Origin: Patescibacteria group bacterium
GTDB taxonomy: Bacteria; Patescibacteriota; Microgenomatia; UBA8517
Length of the DNA stretch: 38,480 bases
Direction of reading: 5' to 3'
NCBI GenBank assembly: GCA_035256745.1
Contig: DATEXQ010000002.1
Span: 1 to 38,480 of the forward strand
Shown: positions 34,543-38,480 of the stretch, piece by piece
How the letters are laid out: every line of letters starts with the position of its first letter
Numbering within the stretch: the first letter of the stretch is position 1
The notes under the pieces: model-generated
Told to the model about the DNA's origin: nothing
The model's input: the letters and a program-made list of their open reading frames with translations, nothing else
Database searches by the model: none
Position numbers and translations under genes: made by a program

Positions 34543-35021
34543 ATAGTGATATTTTTTCTCTTCACGCTAAATTATTGAAAGCAATTGCTCATCCCAGACG
34601 ACTTGAAATTATCAATCTATTAAGAAATAAAGAATTACCAGTAAATAGTATTCATTCGATGCTTGATTTACCACAGGCAAATATCAGTCAGCATTTGATG
34701 ATATTAAGAGACGCCGGCGTAGTTTCTACTCGAAGAGATGGAAAGCAAATCTATTATTTTATTAGCCACAATAATTTTATTATGGCAAGCGACTTAATTC
34801 GAGAGATTTTAATAGATAAAAATAAAAATTCTAAAATTGCCAAAGAATTAACTATTAAGATGAATGATTTGGTTCCTTTGGTTCACGATCCCGTCTGTAG
34901 AATGAGATTATCTCCAAAAACGGCAAGTTTTAATTATTCTTATTACAAAGATACTTATTTTTTTTGTGCGAGCGGTTGTTTGAAGAAATTTAAGGAAAAT
35001 CCCAAAAATTATGTCAAATAA
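34539..35021 (+). CDS. ArsR/SmtB-family HTH regulator fused to a C-terminal YHS/TRASH metal-binding domain
   Basis: ArsR-type wHTH ([16 protein letters not shown]...[25 protein letters not shown]) plus DPVCRMRL...[19 protein letters not shown], which matches the YHS pattern. Confidence 0.85.
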   Translation: MYSDIFSLHAKLLKAIAHPRRLEIINLLRNKELPVNSIHSMLDLPQANISQHLMILRDAGVVSTRRDGKQIYYFISHNNFIMASDLIREILIDKNKNSKIAKELTIKMNDLVPLVHDPVCRMRLSPKTASFNYSYYKDTYFFCASGCLKKFKENPKNYVK

Positions 35022-37296
35022 TACCGAAATTAAATATTTTTCCATTTCCGGCATGCACTGCGCATCTTGTGCCAATACTATTAAAAGAAAATTGGAAAAA
35101 ATTGATGGAGTTAAGGATTGTTTGGTTAATTATGGATTGGAAAGTGCCAAGATTACTTTTAATCCTGATATTGTTACAACCGATGATATGAATAAAGAAA
35201 TAGATAAACTTGGATACCATTTAATCAACCAATTAAGTAATACCCATATAAATGTTTCTTCCAAACAAAATATTAAAGAACAAAAATTACTGGAATTAGA
35301 AATTCTTAAAAAAAATGTTCAAATCGTAATTCCTTTTGTGGTTATAAGTGTTTCTACGATGATTTGGGAAATCGGAGCAAATACTTTAAATTTATGGTCT
35401 GAAATACCCAGTTACTTATCTTCTTTTCTATATTATCTTTTGCCTATTTTTGCTACTTATACGATGTTTGTCATAGGAAAACCATTTCTTAAAGGTTTAA
35501 TGATTTTTTTAAAGCACGGTGTTGCTAATATGGATACTCTTGTAGGTTTGGGTACATTGGTTGCTTTTTCTTATAGTTTTATTCTTTCTGCTTTTCAAAA
35601 TTTACTTGATCCTTTTTTAAATACCCAACAAACATATTACGATATAGTAATTGTTGTAATTGGGTTTGTTACCTTGGGAAAGTATTTGGAATCTCGTTCA
35701 AAACTTAAAACAGGTGAGGCTTTAGAAAAATTAATCGGTTTACAAGTCAAAACAGCCCTGGTTATACGAAATGGAAAAGAATCTGAAACTCCAATAGAAG
35801 AGGTTGTGGTTGGAGATATTATAAGAGTTAAACCCGGTCAAAAAATACCGGTTGACGGTGAGATTGTTGAAGGCATTTCATCAGTTGATGAATCCATGAT
35901 TACAGGAGAAGGCATTCCTGTTGATAAGGTAATTGGAAACATGGTAATTGGAGCAACTATCAATAAACAGGGAACACTTCTTATTAAGGCTCAAAAAGTA
36001 GGTAGTGATACCATGCTTTCTCAAATAATTATCATGGTAGAAGAAGCGCAAGGATCAAAGGCTCCCATAGAAAAGATGGTTGATAAAATAGCTTCAATAT
36101 TTGTTCCTGCTGTCTTGGTTTTATCTATAGCGGTTCTTATATTATGGATTATTGTTGGTGTTTTATTTATGCCTTTTTCGCAGGCTTTAATTTTAGGTAT
36201 TGTTAGTTTTGTAAGTATTTTGGTAATTGCCTGTCCTTGTGCGATGGGATTGGCAACTCCCACTGCAGTAATAGTGGGTGTTGGTAAAGCTGCACAAGAG
36301 GGTATTCTTATTAAAAATGCCGAGAGTTTGGAAAAAGTTAATTCCATAAAATATGTAGTAATGGATAAAACCGGGACAATTACTAAAGGTTTTCCTCAAG
36401 TAACAGATATTATTCCCTCAAACTATATGTCTTCTAAAGAAATATTAAAAATCTTGGCATCACTAGAGAAAAATTCAGAACATCCAATATCTATTGCAAT
36501 ATTGGAAAAAGCAAATAATCAAAATCTTAATTTAAATAATGTTAGCGATTTTTTTGTTATTGAAGGCAAAGGTCTAAAAGGGAAAATAGTAAATAAAGAG
36601 TATTTTGCTGGGAATCCTTCTTTAGCCAAGGATTTAAAAATTAAGATTAATCAAAAATTAATTGATGATTTCTCCTTAAAGGGAAAGACTCCCGTACTTC
36701 TTATGACCAAAAATGAAATTTTAGGTTATATAGCTATAGCAGACATTATAAAGGAAGAGTCTAAAGGAGTTATCGATTGGTTACACAAGCTTGGTCTTAA
36801 GGTAGTAATGCTTACAGGAGATAATAAAAAAACGGCTCGTTATATTGCAGATATTGTAGGCATAAAAGAGGTTATTGCTGAAGTTCTACCTATTAATAAA
36901 GCAGGAGAGGTAAAAAAACTTCAAAAAAGAGGTTATAAGGTAGCGATGGTAGGAGACGGCATCAATGACGCTCCTGCGCTTGCTACAGCTGATGTGGGGA
37001 TAGCTATGGGAACGGGAACGGATGTTGCCATAGAATCAGCTGGAATGACTCTTTTGGGTGGAAATATCTCAAAGTTACCCAAATCAATCAAATTGGCAAA
37101 AGCCACAATGAGAACCATAAAGCAAAATTTGTTTTGGGCTTTCTTTTACAATGTAATTACAATTCCTGTTGCCGCAGGAATTTTATATCCTTTTTTTGGA
37201 ATATCTTTAAATCCCGCAATTGCAGGGGGAGCTATGGCATTTTCCAGTGTTAGCGTAGTTCTTAATGCTCTTCGTTTGAAATCTGTAAAACTATAA
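35011..37296 (+). CDS. copA: Copper-translocating P1B-type ATPase
   Basis: N-terminal HMA domain (GMHCASCA), TGE, the CPC motif ([11 protein letters not shown]), [17 protein letters not shown] in TM7 and MAFSS in TM8 (Cu(I)-type signature). Confidence 0.95.
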   Translation: MSNNTEIKYFSISGMHCASCANTIKRKLEKIDGVKDCLVNYGLESAKITFNPDIVTTDDMNKEIDKLGYHLINQLSNTHINVSSKQNIKEQKLLELEILKKNVQIVIPFVVISVSTMIWEIGANTLNLWSEIPSYLSSFLYYLLPIFATYTMFVIGKPFLKGLMIFLKHGVANMDTLVGLGTLVAFSYSFILSAFQNLLDPFLNTQQTYYDIVIVVIGFVTLGKYLESRSKLKTGEALEKLIGLQVKTALVIRNGKESETPIEEVVVGDIIRVKPGQKIPVDGEIVEGISSVDESMITGEGIPVDKVIGNMVIGATINKQGTLLIKAQKVGSDTMLSQIIIMVEEAQGSKAPIEKMVDKIASIFVPAVLVLSIAVLILWIIVGVLFMPFSQALILGIVSFVSILVIACPCAMGLATPTAVIVGVGKAAQEGILIKNAESLEKVNSIKYVVMDKTGTITKGFPQVTDIIPSNYMSSKEILKILASLEKNSEHPISIAILEKANNQNLNLNNVSDFFVIEGKGLKGKIVNKEYFAGNPSLAKDLKIKINQKLIDDFSLKGKTPVLLMTKNEILGYIAIADIIKEESKGVIDWLHKLGLKVVMLTGDNKKTARYIADIVGIKEVIAEVLPINKAGEVKKLQKRGYKVAMVGDGINDAPALATADVGIAMGTGTDVAIESAGMTLLGGNISKLPKSIKLAKATMRTIKQNLFWAFFYNVITIPVAAGILYPFFGISLNPAIAGGAMAFSSVSVVLNALRLKSVKL

Positions 37297-37300
37297 AATT

Positions 37301-38368
37301 ATGAACTTATTTCTAATATTTTTAACAGGACTAACCACAGGAGGTCTTTCCTGTTTAGCCTTACAAGGTGGTCTTTTGGCAAGTGTTATAGCAAATCAAA
37401 AAGAACAGGAGCACCAAAATAATATTTCCGATAACATTCAAAATAAATCCAATAATACCTCATATAATACACATGATTTGTTACCCGTTGTGATGTTTTT
37501 GGGAGCTAAATTAACAATTCATACTATTTTGGGTTTTTTTCTGGGACTTCTTGGATCCGTAATTTCTTTAAGTTTGGGGGTACGTCTTATTTTCCAAATT
37601 TTGACAGCATTATTCATGTTTGCTACGGCAATGAATTTATTAAATGTTCATCCTATTTTTAGATATATTGTTTTTCAACCACCTAAGTTTCTTCAAAGAA
37701 TAATAAGGAATTCCATTAAAAGTAAGGCTTTGTTTGCACCATCAATATTAGGTTTAATGACAATATTTATTCCCTGTGGAATAACCCAGGCTATGGAAGT
37801 ATTAGCCATAAATAGCGGTAGTCCCATTACAGGGGCATTGATTATGTTTTTCTTTATTCTAGGAACCTCACCTTTATTTGCTATTTTGGGATTTGCTACA
37901 GCAAAACTTTCTGAAGGCTGGTACAAGAAATTCACAAAATTCGCATCATTTGCCTTAATTATCATGGCTCTCTATAACATTAATGGAGTTTTATTGGTTA
38001 TTAATTCTCCCATTTCTTTAAATAAGATATTTTCTCCAATAAATAATATTTTTTCCAAGAAGGAAACATCTAATAATACCGACGCAGTCATAAAAGACAA
38101 TGTACAACAAGTTACTATTCACATTTTAAATAACGGTTACAATCCAAACTATATCAAAGTAAAAAAAGATATCCCTGTTGAACTAACCTTAAAAAGTAAT
38201 GGTGTATATTCTTGTGCACTTTCATTCATTTTTCAGGAATACGGTATAAGAGTCACTTTACAATCAACCGATTCCAGAACTTTTAAGTTTACTCCCGTAA
38301 ACACAGGAAAATACCAATTTTCTTGTTCGATGGGAATGTATAGAGGAATATTGGAAGTTGTAAAGTAG
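37301..38368 (+). CDS. Polytopic DsbD_2/TauE-like permease fused to a C-terminal cupredoxin-like domain
   Basis: TM motifs GGLSCLALQGG and FIPCGITQAM. The last roughly 95 aa are soluble and beta-rich, with Cys/Met motifs (YSCALSF, FSCSMGMYRG) like the small cupredoxin-fold proteins found beside copper ATPases. Family call is from memory. Confidence 0.6.
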   Translation: MNLFLIFLTGLTTGGLSCLALQGGLLASVIANQKEQEHQNNISDNIQNKSNNTSYNTHDLLPVVMFLGAKLTIHTILGFFLGLLGSVISLSLGVRLIFQILTALFMFATAMNLLNVHPIFRYIVFQPPKFLQRIIRNSIKSKALFAPSILGLMTIFIPCGITQAMEVLAINSGSPITGALIMFFFILGTSPLFAILGFATAKLSEGWYKKFTKFASFALIIMALYNINGVLLVINSPISLNKIFSPINNIFSKKETSNNTDAVIKDNVQQVTIHILNNGYNPNYIKVKKDIPVELTLKSNGVYSCALSFIFQEYGIRVTLQSTDSRTFKFTPVNTGKYQFSCSMGMYRGILEVVK

Positions 38369-38371
38369 ATC

Positions 38372-38480
38372 ATGATTAAAATTAACAAAAATTTTAATGG
38401 TAAAAGTACTATTTTTGAAATTAAAGGAATGCATTGTGTAAGTTGTGCAATGAATATAGACGGTTTACTTGAAGATACTC
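38372..38480 (+). CDS. copZ: HMA-domain copper chaperone/metal-binding protein, 3' end outside the window
   Basis: Translates as MIKINKNFNGKSTIFEIKGMHCVSCAMNIDGLLEDT, carrying a GMxCxxC motif. Not in the ORF track because it is truncated by the window edge. Confidence 0.7.
   Translation, partial: MIKINKNFNGKSTIFEIKGMHCVSCAMNIDGLLEDT

Noticed and set aside
34711-34720. A GC-rich 10-nt palindrome, ACGCCGGCGT.
   Set aside because: It lies inside the ArsR recognition-helix coding region (encoding DAGV). It is most likely a coding coincidence rather than a site.
1-38480. A search by eye for tRNA or rRNA genes, CRISPR repeats, IS elements or integrases, prophage or defence islands, and long direct repeats.
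   Set aside because: The largest non-coding gap is 123 nt (2415-2537) and shows no tRNA-like structure. No periodic repeats and no transposase-, integrase- or recombinase-like ORFs were seen. A computational repeat and ncRNA scan (tRNAscan-SE, Infernal, self-dotplot) would be needed to be certain.

Overview
A visibly AT-rich, very gene-dense 38.5-kb stretch with 35 protein-coding genes, 33 of them on the + strand. Most spacers are under 60 nt, there are several 4-41 nt gene overlaps, and TGA is used as a stop codon. The content is almost entirely housekeeping:
- polX (PHP part), lemA-htpX, and gatC-gatA-[MFS]-gatB.
- A stand-alone GGDEF cyclase abutting dnaE, then rplS, an MBL hydrolase and a SurA-like chaperone.
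- ruvC, a small beta-barrel protein, an HExxH protein and holA.
- A sugar-phosphate and lower-glycolysis run: PMM/PGM, archaeal-type PGI/PMI, ppsA, eno, gpmI.
- A minus-strand lexA-dedA unit facing a collinear uvrB-orf-uvrA-transglutaminase-uvrC block.
- A holin-4-like membrane protein, secG and an orphan membrane-anchored family-5 SBP.
- A copper operon: ArsR-YHS regulator, copA, a permease-cupredoxin fusion and a copZ fragment.

I found no rRNA, tRNA, CRISPR array, transposase or integrase, long repeat or recognisable defence module. The gene style suggests a small-genome Patescibacteria/CPR-type bacterium, which is inference only. I cannot point to a clear-cut novel multi-gene system. The observations most worth follow-up are:
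1. The LexA-flanked complete NER cluster, with a candidate non-canonical operator and two non-repair passenger genes.
2. A UvrC lacking the C-terminal (HhH)2 domain.
3. A ruvC-linked SprT-like HExxH protein.
4. Recurrent promoter -10 boxes 6-9 nt from start codons, implying leaderless mRNAs.
5. An ArsR-YHS fusion repressor whose 8-N8-8 inverted repeat covers its own start codon.

All functional calls come from motif recognition by eye; no database search was run.
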